Shown here: one piece after another, positions 1-10,085 of the stretch | Numbering within the stretch: the stretch's first letter is position 1 | Layout of the letters: each line of letters opens with the position of its first letter | DNA from: Thermoplasmata archaeon | Lineage (GTDB): Archaea; Thermoplasmatota; Thermoplasmata; Thermoplasmatales; GCA-001856825 | Direction: 5' to 3' | Assembly (NCBI GenBank): GCA_021792255.1 | Contig: JAJYUZ010000002.1 | Location: 96,001 to 160,000 of the forward strand | Length of the DNA stretch: 64,000 nt | The notes under the pieces: generated by a model | The model's database searches: none | The model's input: the letters and a program-made list of their open reading frames with translations, nothing else | What the model was told of the DNA's origin: nothing | Program-made: the position numbers and the translations under genes

Positions 1-149
1 TTCAAATCGTTAAGAAGATCCAACAATTTTTGATCAGGTTTGGCATTCTCTGGCTGGGAAGTAAGGTCTACGAGAGTACCATCATAATCGAGAAACACTT
101 TGGTGAGCCCCATTCTTTCCTTTACTGCATTCTCTATTTCATCAAACAT
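1..149 (-). CDS. otsB: Trehalose-6-phosphate phosphatase (HAD IIB), N-terminal part; runs off the window edge
   Basis: Not in the ORF track; manual translation from ATG at 149 gives MFDEIENAVKERMGLTKVFLDYDGTLVDLTSQPENAKPDQKLLDLLNDL, with the FLDYDGTL...P..A.P motif typical of OtsB. Confidence 0.8.
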   Translation of the reverse strand, partial: MFDEIENAVKERMGLTKVFLDYDGTLVDLTSQPENAKPDQKLLDLLNDL

Positions 150-262
150 AAGAGCGTCCCTACAGTGCGTTTCAAATGGCAGATTGCTGAAGAACTAATC
201 TAATTTTCTCTCATATTCGAGATGACCCGTCAAAAATTCGGAAATGCAGATCGGCTCTGGTC

Positions 263-1777
263 TCACTCTTGTTTCTGAAAACTGTCGAAGGTCGTCTGCC
301 CGTTCTTCTTGCCATCCCTAAGAATGTTCTTCATCTTTTTCTCTTTCCTTCCGGCAGAATAGTAATAAGAAAAGTCTCTGGTATTTTCCATAGTTAGAAC
401 GTACACTTTTCCCTTGCCGAATCTTCCAGTCCTCCCTCTCCTCTGTATTGATCTCACTTCGCTCGCAACGGGTTCGTAGAAAATCACAGTGTCCGCAGAA
501 GGTACATCAAGCCCCTCCTCACCCACCTGGGTTGCGACTAGAACCTTAACCTGTCCCTCCCTGAACTGCTGTAATATAGAGACCTGCTCCTTCTGGTTCA
601 TACCTTTGCTATCTTTTCTCGAACTCTGTCCGATAAATTTCTCGCACGAGAATCCCTCCTTTTTTAGAGTATCAGAGAGTATGTTCGCGGTGATTCTGTA
701 ATGGCAGAACACTATGGCTTTTTCGTAGTTTCTGTCTCTCAGTATCTCGATTATCTTTGAAATCTTCGGTGTCTGAACTTCGAGAGGTTGAAGCGATAGC
801 TTTTCTGCCTTCTTCTCTATCAGTAACATCCTGCTATCGCTGACGATTTTTTTTGCTTTGCTCTTTTCATTCTTCATATCTTGCAGGTAGGCATAAAAGG
901 GAAGCACTCCCTGTGTTTCGGCAAACTCTAGGAGATAATCTATGATAATAGCATACGTTCTGAATCTGACTGCAGAGTAGAAGTACTTGTTGCCCCTCTT
1001 TATCTGACTAAAAATAAAATCCCCCAGGTTTATGAGCTCCTTCCTAGAATGTCCCTGAATCCGCAGAGAAAATGATTCCAGCTTTTTTATCATCTCATCA
1101 AGCATTTCCTTGAGAATTTCTATTATTTCAACGACTCCAGGTGGAGTCGGAATTTTCACCTGCTCTACGTCAATACCTTTTATGTATGATATGACGTCTG
1201 GTGAATTTTCGTCCCTGATTTCAAGCTCGACTATTCTGAGATTCTTGATTATCTGATCTATTTTGGCACGATCTCCACCGGGGGAAGCCGTAGTGGCAAT
1301 TATTCTGGAATCCGCGAAGACGTTCGCAACTTCTACATACGAGTAATTTCCAATGGCCCTATGAGCTTCGTCGAAGATTACCACTCTCACCTCATTCTTG
1401 ATGTCATAAAAGAGTGAAGAGTCGTTGTTTATGACCTGGGGGGTGGACACTATCACCCTTGCGCTGTGATACAGGTTTTTTCTCACAGATTTCTTAATTT
1501 CGCCAGTCACTTCGACTATAGACTCCTCCGGCAGGTTGATGAATTTCCTGATGTTCGCAGCGTGTTGATGAACGAGTGGCCTGGTGGGAGCCAAAAAGAT
1601 GCATTTCCCTCCATCTTCAATCAGCATTGAGAGAGCGATTATCGCAATAATCGTCTTTCCGAGGGCTGTAGGTATAACTATAAGTGTATTTTTTTCAACT
1701 GCTTTAAGCGCAATGTTGTCTTGATATTCTCTGAACTCGATTAGGTCGTCCCTAAGCAGCTCAGAATACTTGGGCAC
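263..1777 (-). CDS. hef: Hef/Mph1/FANCM-like SF2 helicase (helicase domain only)
   Basis: REYQ Q-motif, PTALGKT, LAPTRPLV, DEAH, TASPG, GEEGLD, QRRGRTGR; no ERCC4 nuclease domain. Confidence 0.85.
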   Translation of the reverse strand: MPKYSELLRDDLIEFREYQDNIALKAVEKNTLIVIPTALGKTIIAIIALSMLIEDGGKCIFLAPTRPLVHQHAANIRKFINLPEESIVEVTGEIKKSVRKNLYHSARVIVSTPQVINNDSSLFYDIKNEVRVVIFDEAHRAIGNYSYVEVANVFADSRIIATTASPGGDRAKIDQIIKNLRIVELEIRDENSPDVISYIKGIDVEQVKIPTPPGVVEIIEILKEMLDEMIKKLESFSLRIQGHSRKELINLGDFIFSQIKRGNKYFYSAVRFRTYAIIIDYLLEFAETQGVLPFYAYLQDMKNEKSKAKKIVSDSRMLLIEKKAEKLSLQPLEVQTPKISKIIEILRDRNYEKAIVFCHYRITANILSDTLKKEGFSCEKFIGQSSRKDSKGMNQKEQVSILQQFREGQVKVLVATQVGEEGLDVPSADTVIFYEPVASEVRSIQRRGRTGRFGKGKVYVLTMENTRDFSYYYSAGRKEKKMKNILRDGKKNGQTTFDSFQKQE

Positions 1778-1897
1778 AATGGATAATGCCTGATTGGCTT
1801 TAACTTTAGTGCAATTCTAGTCTTACGGAAAAATGAAGGCTTTTGTTCATTCAAGAAGACGGGCAGTTATTACTCAAATCAGGAAAATTCAAAGTTC

Positions 1898-3280
1898 TTA
1901 TTTGACGTCGGTTTTAAAGTAGTCTTCAATCCTCTTTTTAATACCCTCAACTGTCGATCTCCCCTGGTCAGTTTTGAAATAAAAATGACCGACTCTCCTC
2001 TTTAGCACGTCATCCACAGTCAGGGCGCACTCATTCCTAAGGGCCGAGTCTATTTCATCACCTTCCCTTTTATAAAGAATTAATGGAAGACCGTCAACCT
2101 TCAAGTCGACATTCAGTATTCTGCCAAGCCGCCTAGCTATCTTTCTGGCCGCATTTCTATAATTCGTTATCTTGACTCCCATCACCGTGACCATCCTTCC
2201 AGTCACATCGACGTAAAAGTCCCTGGTCACTCTTCCGGGATCTGAACCCTTTCCATATAGTGGTCTTATTCCTACGTACTCCCCTACGACATCCTCAGAA
2301 GTAAGTGAAGGAAATATTTTCCTGGCTGAATTTAGAATATATTCCCTTTCCTCGTTCTTTACGGTGAGACTGTCTGGTCTCTCGGTGAAGTCATCAGTCG
2401 TTCCAATCAATACGACCTCTCCCCTCGGAATGACGAACATCTGTCTACCGTCGAGGTGAGATCTGAAAACTACTGCATTGTCCAGAGATAGTTTGTCCTT
2501 TCTCACGATGATATGAGCTCCTCTAGTGAGCTGCAGGTTGTTGATCCTTTCGGAAGTGTAGGATCCATAGATCTCATTAACCCATGGCCCGGTAGCGTTC
2601 AAAACTATTTTCCCGCTCACCGAATATTCGCCCATATCAAATTTATCCTTAAGGGTGATTTCAACTCCTTTTTCAGTGTCTTTGATTCTGGTCGCTTCGA
2701 GATAATTTATAGCAGTTCCTCCCAGCTTGACGAATGTAGCTACATTGTAAACAACCAGAAGTGCATCGTCTGTGGCAGCATCTTCGTACGTAAAGTGTCC
2801 AGAGTAACCATCGTAAGAGTACTTCCCCTTTATAAAATTAGGAAGTCTGAATTTCCCCCCAAGGATGTTGTAGAGTAACAGCCCCATATACAAGGTCTTC
2901 TTTCCCCAAGAATCGACATCAATTAGGATATCAAATTTCATTGGCTGGACTATGTCAACGTTTCTGACGAGGTAATTACGCTCCTTTAGAAGTTCTCTGG
3001 TCAAAAGCAGGTGTCCCTGGGCAAGATATCTCAGTCCTCCGTGTATAAGCTTGGACGAGTTGCTGCTCGTGCCCGAAGCGAAGTCTCCTTTATCGACTAG
3101 CAAAACCTTGACCTTATTGGAACTCAATAAGCTTGCAATTCCGGCCCCCGCTATCCCTCCTCCAACAATGACAACGTCGAAAAAGCTTCCATTGAGTTTT
3201 TCCAGATCACGTTTCCTTGTGAAATAAGAAAACTCCATCGGGCAAAACAGTGCTTCCATCGTAATAATCCATTCTATCAT
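1898..3280 (-). CDS. glpD: FAD-dependent glycerol-3-phosphate dehydrogenase (GlpD/GlpA family); true start possibly 3238
   Basis: GGGIAG FAD motif, DFASGTSSNSSKLIHGGLRYL, NATGPW, IGTTD, GIRPL. Confidence 0.85.
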   Translation of the reverse strand: MIEWIITMEALFCPMEFSYFTRKRDLEKLNGSFFDVVIVGGGIAGAGIASLLSSNKVKVLLVDKGDFASGTSSNSSKLIHGGLRYLAQGHLLLTRELLKERNYLVRNVDIVQPMKFDILIDVDSWGKKTLYMGLLLYNILGGKFRLPNFIKGKYSYDGYSGHFTYEDAATDDALLVVYNVATFVKLGGTAINYLEATRIKDTEKGVEITLKDKFDMGEYSVSGKIVLNATGPWVNEIYGSYTSERINNLQLTRGAHIIVRKDKLSLDNAVVFRSHLDGRQMFVIPRGEVVLIGTTDDFTERPDSLTVKNEEREYILNSARKIFPSLTSEDVVGEYVGIRPLYGKGSDPGRVTRDFYVDVTGRMVTVMGVKITNYRNAARKIARRLGRILNVDLKVDGLPLILYKREGDEIDSALRNECALTVDDVLKRRVGHFYFKTDQGRSTVEGIKKRIEDYFKTDVK

Positions 3281-3440
3281 CGATTCGCGTACCGATAGCT
3301 TAACTCAGGGTGCGATGTGCACAATCTAGAACGTTCAACAATGCAATTGCTACTCTCAGAGAATGAGAGACGGTTTCTGGATTTATTAAATTATCTTTAT
3401 TTATAATAAGTTTAATTATATTGATAGAATACTCCGACCA

Positions 3441-4673
3441 GTGCTATTGATTTATCGCTACGTAATCTTGGTATCAATACTCACAACGATAATCTATTTT
3501 ATATATTATGCACTAAATACATATTACTTGATGAAGCACAGGTCCGAGCCAGAAAGAAGCGAAGCATTGACCAAGGATGACGTCACAGTATTGGTCCCCG
3601 TATTCAAAGAAAAAGTGGAAGTCTTTGACAGGGTCATTCAAAGAATAGTCGCGCAGGGCACTAGATTTGTGGTAGTCGGAGACTCGAGCGACGAACCGTA
3701 CAGATCCATAGTCGAGAAGAACGGTGGAATTTTCATCCTCCTGAAAGAGAGAAAGGGGAAGAGAATAGCAATTTCGGAGGGGATGAAGTATGTGGATACT
3801 AGGTTTGTACTCTTTGTGGACAGCGACACTGTGATACCTGTCGACACCGTTTGGAAGATGTTGAAGTATTTCAGGGAGAACGTTGGCGGAGTGGGGGCTA
3901 ACGTATCAATGAGAAGAACAGAAAATGGCGCATCTTATGGTGCTGAATTCCTAGAAAGGACTAGGGAGATAATTCTCAAGGCGATGTCAGCCCGAGGGGG
4001 TAGCGTAATGGTGATAGATGGAAAGTGCGCGATGTACAGGACATCCATCGTGAAACCTCTCCTCCAATCGGATAAATTCCGGAATTACAAAGTCGCTGGG
4101 AAAATAGCGATAATGGGCGATGACCAGCAATTAAGCGCGTACACGATCAAGAAGGGATACAAGGCTACTAAGTGCTTTGAAGTGACCGTCGAGACGGAAC
4201 CTCCTGAAAATTTCAAACAGCTCACCAAGCAGAGCATAAGGTGGGCTAGGAGTTCCTACTATTACTTTTTCAAGAACTTGTCTGATGGGACTGCAGTTAA
4301 GGCGGGGGGATTCTATACATTCGAAGCGGTCAGTACTTTTGCCCTTCCTATACTTACTATGGGACTTGGACTTTTCAGATTTTACTACGATCTACATGCT
4401 TTGGGCATATTTGCGGGAAATAGTCTCAATACGATAGTTAACTCAATCACGACTCTCTCAATCCTGACGGACGGCAGACTCCTGATTCATCCGATTCTAG
4501 CTTTACTGAGCTTGCCGGGTCCCTTGATCTTTGGCTCGGCCATTCTGATGACTCTCAGAAGAGAAAAACTGCGAACATTTGCATACGGTGGGCTTGCTCT
4601 TCTCATAATTTTCTTCACCTCTATATATGGTTTCTTGACCTGTTGGAAACAATCTAGCTGGATGACCAGATAG
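3441..4673 (+). CDS. Membrane processive GT2 glycosyltransferase, hyaluronan/chitin synthase/NodC-like
   Basis: N-terminal TM helix, GKR, VDSD, G.CAMYR, GDD, QSIRW (QxxRW), C-terminal TM helices, terminal WMTR. Confidence 0.8.
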   Translation: MLLIYRYVILVSILTTIIYFIYYALNTYYLMKHRSEPERSEALTKDDVTVLVPVFKEKVEVFDRVIQRIVAQGTRFVVVGDSSDEPYRSIVEKNGGIFILLKERKGKRIAISEGMKYVDTRFVLFVDSDTVIPVDTVWKMLKYFRENVGGVGANVSMRRTENGASYGAEFLERTREIILKAMSARGGSVMVIDGKCAMYRTSIVKPLLQSDKFRNYKVAGKIAIMGDDQQLSAYTIKKGYKATKCFEVTVETEPPENFKQLTKQSIRWARSSYYYFFKNLSDGTAVKAGGFYTFEAVSTFALPILTMGLGLFRFYYDLHALGIFAGNSLNTIVNSITTLSILTDGRLLIHPILALLSLPGPLIFGSAILMTLRREKLRTFAYGGLALLIIFFTSIYGFLTCWKQSSWMTR

Positions 4674-4784
4674 GTCTCCAGATTCTTGGGGGACCCAGTC
4701 AATCCTTGAAAACTTGCAGCTTTCTTAGCAGATTTGGACCAAATCAAACGCATCAAAATGGAGGCGAGGAGCTACCCTTCAAGT

Positions 4785-5777
4785 TCAGGTGGTTACTGAT
4801 CTTGCCCCCATGTTGTCGAAGGAAATGCGAGTGACGAAATCGGAATATTCCATCATTTTCCTCTGTATTTTCCAGAGGTTCTTGTGGTTCCCTATTATCA
4901 GAATGAATCCCTCAGACCCTCCTCCCATTAGTCTGGCTGCTCCAGCTCCACTCTCTAAGGCTGCTCTTATGAGAGCGTCGACCTTTGAATTCGTAATGTT
5001 CTTTGCTAGCCCTTTCTTGAGCTCCCAGCCGCTGTTAACAAGATTGACAAATCTATCGAAGCTATTTTCTTCGATGGCTTCTCTCGCTTCCTCTGTATTC
5101 TTCTTAATTTCCAACAGACGTCCAATAAGTTCATTCGAGCCATTCTTCAACTTACTCACTTCTTCCTGCAACTCGTTGGAGCTGTTGTGTGAAGAACCAG
5201 TAAAGACCATCAGAGTAGATTTTTCGAGCAGTTTGACAAATGGACTTTCGTGATCAAACACCTCCATCTTGTAATTGTCTCCTGAGAATTCCATGTATTT
5301 CATCCCGCCGAATGAGACTGCGAAAGGATCCTGTTTTCCCAGAGTTGCACCGAAGAAATTCTTCTCAACCTCGTACGTTTCTTTGGCCAGGCTCGCTTTG
5401 GTTACTTCCTCTCCGTTGAGGATCTTTAAAATGTGAAGCAGACCGAGAACGAGAGCACTCGAGGAACCTAGGCCGGTTCCTGGAGGTACGTCTCCAGATA
5501 TATTCAATCTACCTTTGACAATTCCTCTTTCTTTGAACAACATCGTGACTCCCTCAAGGAAATTGTTGTGGATCTGGTTGGAGAAACTCCAGCTCTTAAG
5601 AAGATCTCTGGAAGAGATTTCGAGAGGTTGTCCATCGTCCACATAGCTAAGTCTGATCCCTTTGTCTATCGTAGTGTTGATGACGCATCCTCCGAACATC
5701 TCTGGAAATGGTGAAACGTCAGTGCCCCCTCCGCTAAAACTTACTCGGTACGGGCACACTACAGAAATCCTCTTCAT
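4785..5777 (-). CDS. GHMP-family sugar kinase (HddA/Agl4-like)
   Basis: P.RVSFSGGGTD, PPGTGLGSSS, GKQD, MGGGSEG; ATG at 5777 preferred over the longer ORF start at 5852. Confidence 0.85.
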   Translation of the reverse strand: MKRISVVCPYRVSFSGGGTDVSPFPEMFGGCVINTTIDKGIRLSYVDDGQPLEISSRDLLKSWSFSNQIHNNFLEGVTMLFKERGIVKGRLNISGDVPPGTGLGSSSALVLGLLHILKILNGEEVTKASLAKETYEVEKNFFGATLGKQDPFAVSFGGMKYMEFSGDNYKMEVFDHESPFVKLLEKSTLMVFTGSSHNSSNELQEEVSKLKNGSNELIGRLLEIKKNTEEAREAIEENSFDRFVNLVNSGWELKKGLAKNITNSKVDALIRAALESGAGAARLMGGGSEGFILIIGNHKNLWKIQRKMMEYSDFVTRISFDNMGARSVTT

Positions 5778-5887
5778 TATACGTAACTGAAGGAAACGAT
5801 TGCTAATAATAGTGCTGTCAAAACGATGCTTTAGGGGAAACAGAATCTTCACGCACTAAGGATTGAGATTAAATTAAAATCACTCAA

Positions 5888-7072
5888 ATGACTGTAATGC
5901 CGATGAGAGTACTGATACTGGGAATAGATGGCTACATTGGCTGGGCACTGGCTCAAAAGCTCGCATCCCAGGGCCACGACATCTATGGAGCCGACAACTT
6001 TTATACTAGGAGAAGAGTGAAGGAAGTAGGCTCAGATTCTGTTTTCCCCATTCCACGAATTGGGGCAAGACTCCAAGGTTTCAAGAAATTCTACGACAAG
6101 GATATCAGATTCTTCAGAGGGAACGTTGCAGATCCAAAATTCGTTTACAAAATCTTTGAGGATATCAAGCCGGAAGCAGTCTACCATCTGGCAGAACAAA
6201 GATCTGCGCCTTATTCCATGATGGGTCTGAAACAGGCGAACGAGACAATGATTGGCAATATCGTCAGCACCATCAACCTTGTCTATGCTGCAAAGGATCT
6301 GAATCCAGACGTCCACATAATCAAGCTGGGTACGATGGGGGAATACGGTACCCCAAACATAGACATTACGGAAGGATTTTTTGAGATCGAATTCAGGGGA
6401 AGAAAGGATACCTTGCCTTTTCCAAGGAATGCTGGATCATGGTACCACTGGACTAAGGTTCACGACTCTAACAATCTCATGTTTGCCAATAGGTTGTGGA
6501 AATTGAAAATCACGGACGTGATGCAGGGGGTCGTCTATGGAACAGAAACAAATGAAATAACAAGATCTCATCTCTACACGAGGTTCGACATTGATGAAGT
6601 CTGGGGTACCGCCCTCAACAGGTTTTCAGCCCAAGCAGTGACGAGCCTACCCATAACGCCCTATGGCAAGGGAAATCAGAAGAGGGGGTTTCTCTCGCTC
6701 GATGACAGCGTGAACTGCCTTACAATAGCCATGGAAAGGCCTCCGAAAGAAGGTGAATACAGGGTGCTCAATCAGTTCGATCAGTACTATTCTGTAAATT
6801 TTCTAGCCGAAACGGTTCAGGAAGTTTATAGAGAACTGACCGGGAAGAATGCACAAATTCAGCACGTCGACAATCCCAGAGTGGAGGCCGAAAATCACTA
6901 CTACAACCCAGACCACAAGAAGCTTTACGACCTGGGATATCGTCCCTCCGGAAATTTGAGAGATGAAATCAAAAAGATAATCGAGGACCTAATGAAGCAC
7001 AGAGAGAGGCTCGGGAAACTGAAGAAGGTCATAATGCCCAAGACTTTTTGGAGAGAGAGTTCAGGGCTCTAA
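5888..7072 (+). CDS. agl3: UDP-sulfoquinovose synthase (SqdB/Agl3)
   Basis: LGIDGYIGW, HLAEQRSAPYSM, KLGTMGEYGTPN, GSWYHWTKVHDS, GTALNRF, NPRVEAENHYY: SQD1-specific motifs. Confidence 0.92.
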   Translation: MTVMPMRVLILGIDGYIGWALAQKLASQGHDIYGADNFYTRRRVKEVGSDSVFPIPRIGARLQGFKKFYDKDIRFFRGNVADPKFVYKIFEDIKPEAVYHLAEQRSAPYSMMGLKQANETMIGNIVSTINLVYAAKDLNPDVHIIKLGTMGEYGTPNIDITEGFFEIEFRGRKDTLPFPRNAGSWYHWTKVHDSNNLMFANRLWKLKITDVMQGVVYGTETNEITRSHLYTRFDIDEVWGTALNRFSAQAVTSLPITPYGKGNQKRGFLSLDDSVNCLTIAMERPPKEGEYRVLNQFDQYYSVNFLAETVQEVYRELTGKNAQIQHVDNPRVEAENHYYNPDHKKLYDLGYRPSGNLRDEIKKIIEDLMKHRERLGKLKKVIMPKTFWRESSGL

Positions 7073-7087
7073 AGTGCGTCCGTTTTA

Positions 7088-7828
7088 TCATCTCTTCTTG
7101 GAGTGCCTGTAGGTTGCTTCGAGAACAAGTCGATAGTCTTCAGCTAGTCCGACGCTGACCCACGAACTTCTCGGAATTTCCACGGCTGCAAATTTTACTC
7201 CGGACTTTATGGCACTGGAGATTGCATCCGTCAATTCTGCTTTGCCTTCTTTGTAGGAAATGAAATCGAATACCGCTGAGGGCAGGTAGTACATTGCGCA
7301 AAGTGCATAATCGGAAGGGGGATTTTCTGGTTTTTCCATGACTTCAGAAACTTCCAATCTCCTTTCCGTCTTGTTGAGAACGGCTACCCCATACTTTCTC
7401 GGATCGTCTACCTTCATCACAAATAGGGTCCATTTTCTTTCTATTTCAGCTTTCTCAAGTTGTACTCTGAAACGCTCTAAGTCTAGTATCATTCCGTCTC
7501 CGGCCGCTAGAAAGAATCCTTCTTCCTTGATGAATTCCCTAGCAGCAAGTACAGCGTCTCCAAATCCCTTCTTTTCTCTTTGAAAGAATAGCTTGACCGA
7601 GGGATAAACAGCCAAAAGATAGTCTCGCAAGATCGAGTCGGAGGGGTCAACGACTACCGCAATTTCACTTATTCCAATCTGTTTTAATTTGGAGATCAGG
7701 ACATCAACTATAGGTCTCAGCAGCAGGTCGCCTTCTCTGTAATCGTACACATTGAGTAGCTCTTTTCTTATTATCCCGTTCAAACCAGACCGCTTGCCTA
7801 ATCCTGCAGCAGTTATTATCGCCCTCAT
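7088..7828 (-). CDS. Sugar-1-phosphate nucleotidyltransferase (Agl2/GalU/RfbA-like)
   Basis: AIITAAGLGKR, KELL, Q..KGFGDAV, DPRKYGV, EKP, ELTDAI. Confidence 0.85.
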   Translation of the reverse strand: MRAIITAAGLGKRSGLNGIIRKELLNVYDYREGDLLLRPIVDVLISKLKQIGISEIAVVVDPSDSILRDYLLAVYPSVKLFFQREKKGFGDAVLAAREFIKEEGFFLAAGDGMILDLERFRVQLEKAEIERKWTLFVMKVDDPRKYGVAVLNKTERRLEVSEVMEKPENPPSDYALCAMYYLPSAVFDFISYKEGKAELTDAISSAIKSGVKFAAVEIPRSSWVSVGLAEDYRLVLEATYRHSKKR

Positions 7829-7928
7829 TCTCTTATTACAGAATAAGCAGAACCTATAAAATTTAGTCCAATCCTAACTGAGCGGGGGAAAGGAGCGACA
7901 TTTTTAATGGTGAAATGATAGAGGCTAG

Positions 7929-8888
7929 GTGTCATCTTCCCTCCTTTCAGTCCCAGAGATCGCTGCAGGAATAGTGATGCTTATCGTTTCTTCCTTTATC
8001 TTGACTATTACCATTGAAGAGATTGGGAAGCGCGGGAAATTCAGCGAGAGTTTCACCGGAGCAGTGATAAGTCCAATCTTTACAGCAATGCCTGAACTGG
8101 TGGTGATAATTCTAGCCCTCGTTTTGATTGGAAGGGAATCGGGCTCAGAAATAGCGGCTGGAACAATCATAGGAGAACCCTTCATGGTGTCGGCCATTGG
8201 TTTTCCAATCGTGGCCATAGCGCTGCTAGTCGCTCGGAGAAAAAAGAAGATCGAAATCGCGGATCCGATCTTGTCTAAGATGCTCATCTTCATGGGTCTA
8301 GTGTTTCCAATAATGCTGATTCCTCGATTCTTTGGCTTCCTTGTTGTGAAGATTTTGATAGCCGTTCTGCTGGTCCTTTTGTACTTCGTCTTCTTGAGGT
8401 TCATCAAAGGAAACAGGATACTGGAAGAAGAGGCGGCAAGCATTAGGATCCAGAACAGGGCCTTGCTGGTGTTAGTGTTGCTTGCTGGAGTGGGGCTCCT
8501 GCTTGGAGGCTCATCTCTTCTTGTACAGGGTATCGACAATCTTTCCGTACAGACGGGTGTGAATAGAGAACTGATTACAATTCTGATAGTGCCCATAGGA
8601 ACGATAGTACCGGAGACGATGAACGCCCTAATTTGGGCGACCAGAAGCAAAACAAACCTTGCAATCGGAGCCGTGGCTGGAGAGGAGATGTACTTTGCCA
8701 CTTTTTTTCCCGCCCTAGGAATTTTAGCGAGTCAATGGGTCATAACCTTCGACGGGATTCTAGCAATAGTTTTGACGTCCTTGTTTTCCGTTGCTATAGG
8801 CTTGGCGACCTATAAGTTCAGAAATGCAGTTTACATTTTCATACTCTACTTCGCATCTCTTCTGATCTTTTTGTCATTTGTTTACTAA
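7929..8888 (+). CDS. Na+/Ca2+ (cation:Ca2+) exchanger family protein
   Basis: About 10 hydrophobic segments with two alpha-repeats, TAMPEL and GTIVPE. Confidence 0.75.
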   Translation: MSSSLLSVPEIAAGIVMLIVSSFILTITIEEIGKRGKFSESFTGAVISPIFTAMPELVVIILALVLIGRESGSEIAAGTIIGEPFMVSAIGFPIVAIALLVARRKKKIEIADPILSKMLIFMGLVFPIMLIPRFFGFLVVKILIAVLLVLLYFVFLRFIKGNRILEEEAASIRIQNRALLVLVLLAGVGLLLGGSSLLVQGIDNLSVQTGVNRELITILIVPIGTIVPETMNALIWATRSKTNLAIGAVAGEEMYFATFFPALGILASQWVITFDGILAIVLTSLFSVAIGLATYKFRNAVYIFILYFASLLIFLSFVY

Positions 8889-8948
8889 AATTTGAGTAAA
8901 TCCAATAAAATAGGAAATGTTAAAATACCGTCTTTAAATCAAGGAAAT

Positions 8949-9608
8949 ATGACCGATCTATCTGGATTATCACTTTCAAATATAAAAAAAAGTCTTTTAA
9001 ACGGCGAACCTCTGATAGTTTATGATTTCGACGGGAGAGAGGAAGAAGCTGACATGGTCTTTTACGCAGGAACGGTAACATGGAAATCAGTCAATCAACT
9101 TAGAAAGGATGCAGGAGGGCTCGTGTGTTATGTTACGGGCAAGGAGGAGGCAAGAAAGATTGGTCTCAATTTTCTGACAGATGAATGGAAGACGCATCCA
9201 GTATATCAGAGTCTCATAAAGAAACCATCGTACGGAGACTACCCTTCATTCCTGATTTGGGTAAACCACGTTTCGGTTTCTACTGGGATTTCGGACTCAG
9301 ATAGGGCCAGCACAATCCGAGAGCTCCACAATCTACTGACGGACCACATTGAAAACAAGGAAGAATTCTTCATGAAGAATTTCTATGCGCCGGGTCATAT
9401 TCCAGTCCTTGCATCCAGGGGATTGGACGAAAGGAGGGGCCACACCGAGCTAGTCGCTCGTATTGCGGAACTCGTGGGACTCCCGCGGAGCATGGTGATT
9501 GCGGAAATGCTGGGAGATGGAAAGAGTCTCAAGAGAGCTAACGCGGAGGAATATGCAAGGAAGAACAAACTGGTATTCCTAGAAGGCAAAGACATAATCG
9601 GGATGTGA
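8949..9608 (+). CDS. ribB: 3,4-dihydroxy-2-butanone-4-phosphate synthase
   Basis: YDFDGREEEADM, GGLVC, TGISDSDR, PGH, RRGHTE; ATG at 8949 preferred. Confidence 0.92.
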   Translation: MTDLSGLSLSNIKKSLLNGEPLIVYDFDGREEEADMVFYAGTVTWKSVNQLRKDAGGLVCYVTGKEEARKIGLNFLTDEWKTHPVYQSLIKKPSYGDYPSFLIWVNHVSVSTGISDSDRASTIRELHNLLTDHIENKEEFFMKNFYAPGHIPVLASRGLDERRGHTELVARIAELVGLPRSMVIAEMLGDGKSLKRANAEEYARKNKLVFLEGKDIIGM

Positions 9609-9613
9609 ACGTG

Positions 9614-10084
9614 ATGACTAAGTACGGGATTGTGGACACAACTTTTTCAAGGGTGGATATGGGGAAGTACGCTTACGATACGATAAGGAAGGAAGATCCA
9701 GATGGAGAGATTATCAGATACACGGTTCCAGGAATAAAGGACCTTCCAATAGGGGCGACAAAGTTGTTCGAACAAGGGTGCGAAGGTGTCATCACTCTAG
9801 GGTGGGTCGGGAAGACAAAGCTGGATAAGTATAGCTATCTGGCCACCAGCATAGGGCTGATTCATGCTCAGCTTCTTGCCAAGAAACACATAATGGATGT
9901 AACAATTCACGAGGACGAAGTGGAGGAGTCTCAACTGGTCTTCCTTTCAAAGGACAGGACTACCAAGCACGCTGCAAACCTGGTGAAGCTCGTGAAGGAT
10001 GGGGGGAGATCACTGTCTTCCATGGCCGGAAAGGGGCTCAGGCAAGGATATAATAATGCAGGACAAATTCTGAGTGAGGATTAA
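9614..10084 (+). CDS. ribC: Archaeal riboflavin synthase
   Basis: [36 protein letters not shown]. Confidence 0.92.
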   Translation: MTKYGIVDTTFSRVDMGKYAYDTIRKEDPDGEIIRYTVPGIKDLPIGATKLFEQGCEGVITLGWVGKTKLDKYSYLATSIGLIHAQLLAKKHIMDVTIHEDEVEESQLVFLSKDRTTKHAANLVKLVKDGGRSLSSMAGKGLRQGYNNAGQILSED

Positions 10085-10085
10085 C

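Noticed and set aside
7925-8701. 258-aa minus-strand ORF
   Set aside because: Antisense shadow of the cation exchanger with no motifs; the same applies to most short ORFs opposite well-supported genes.
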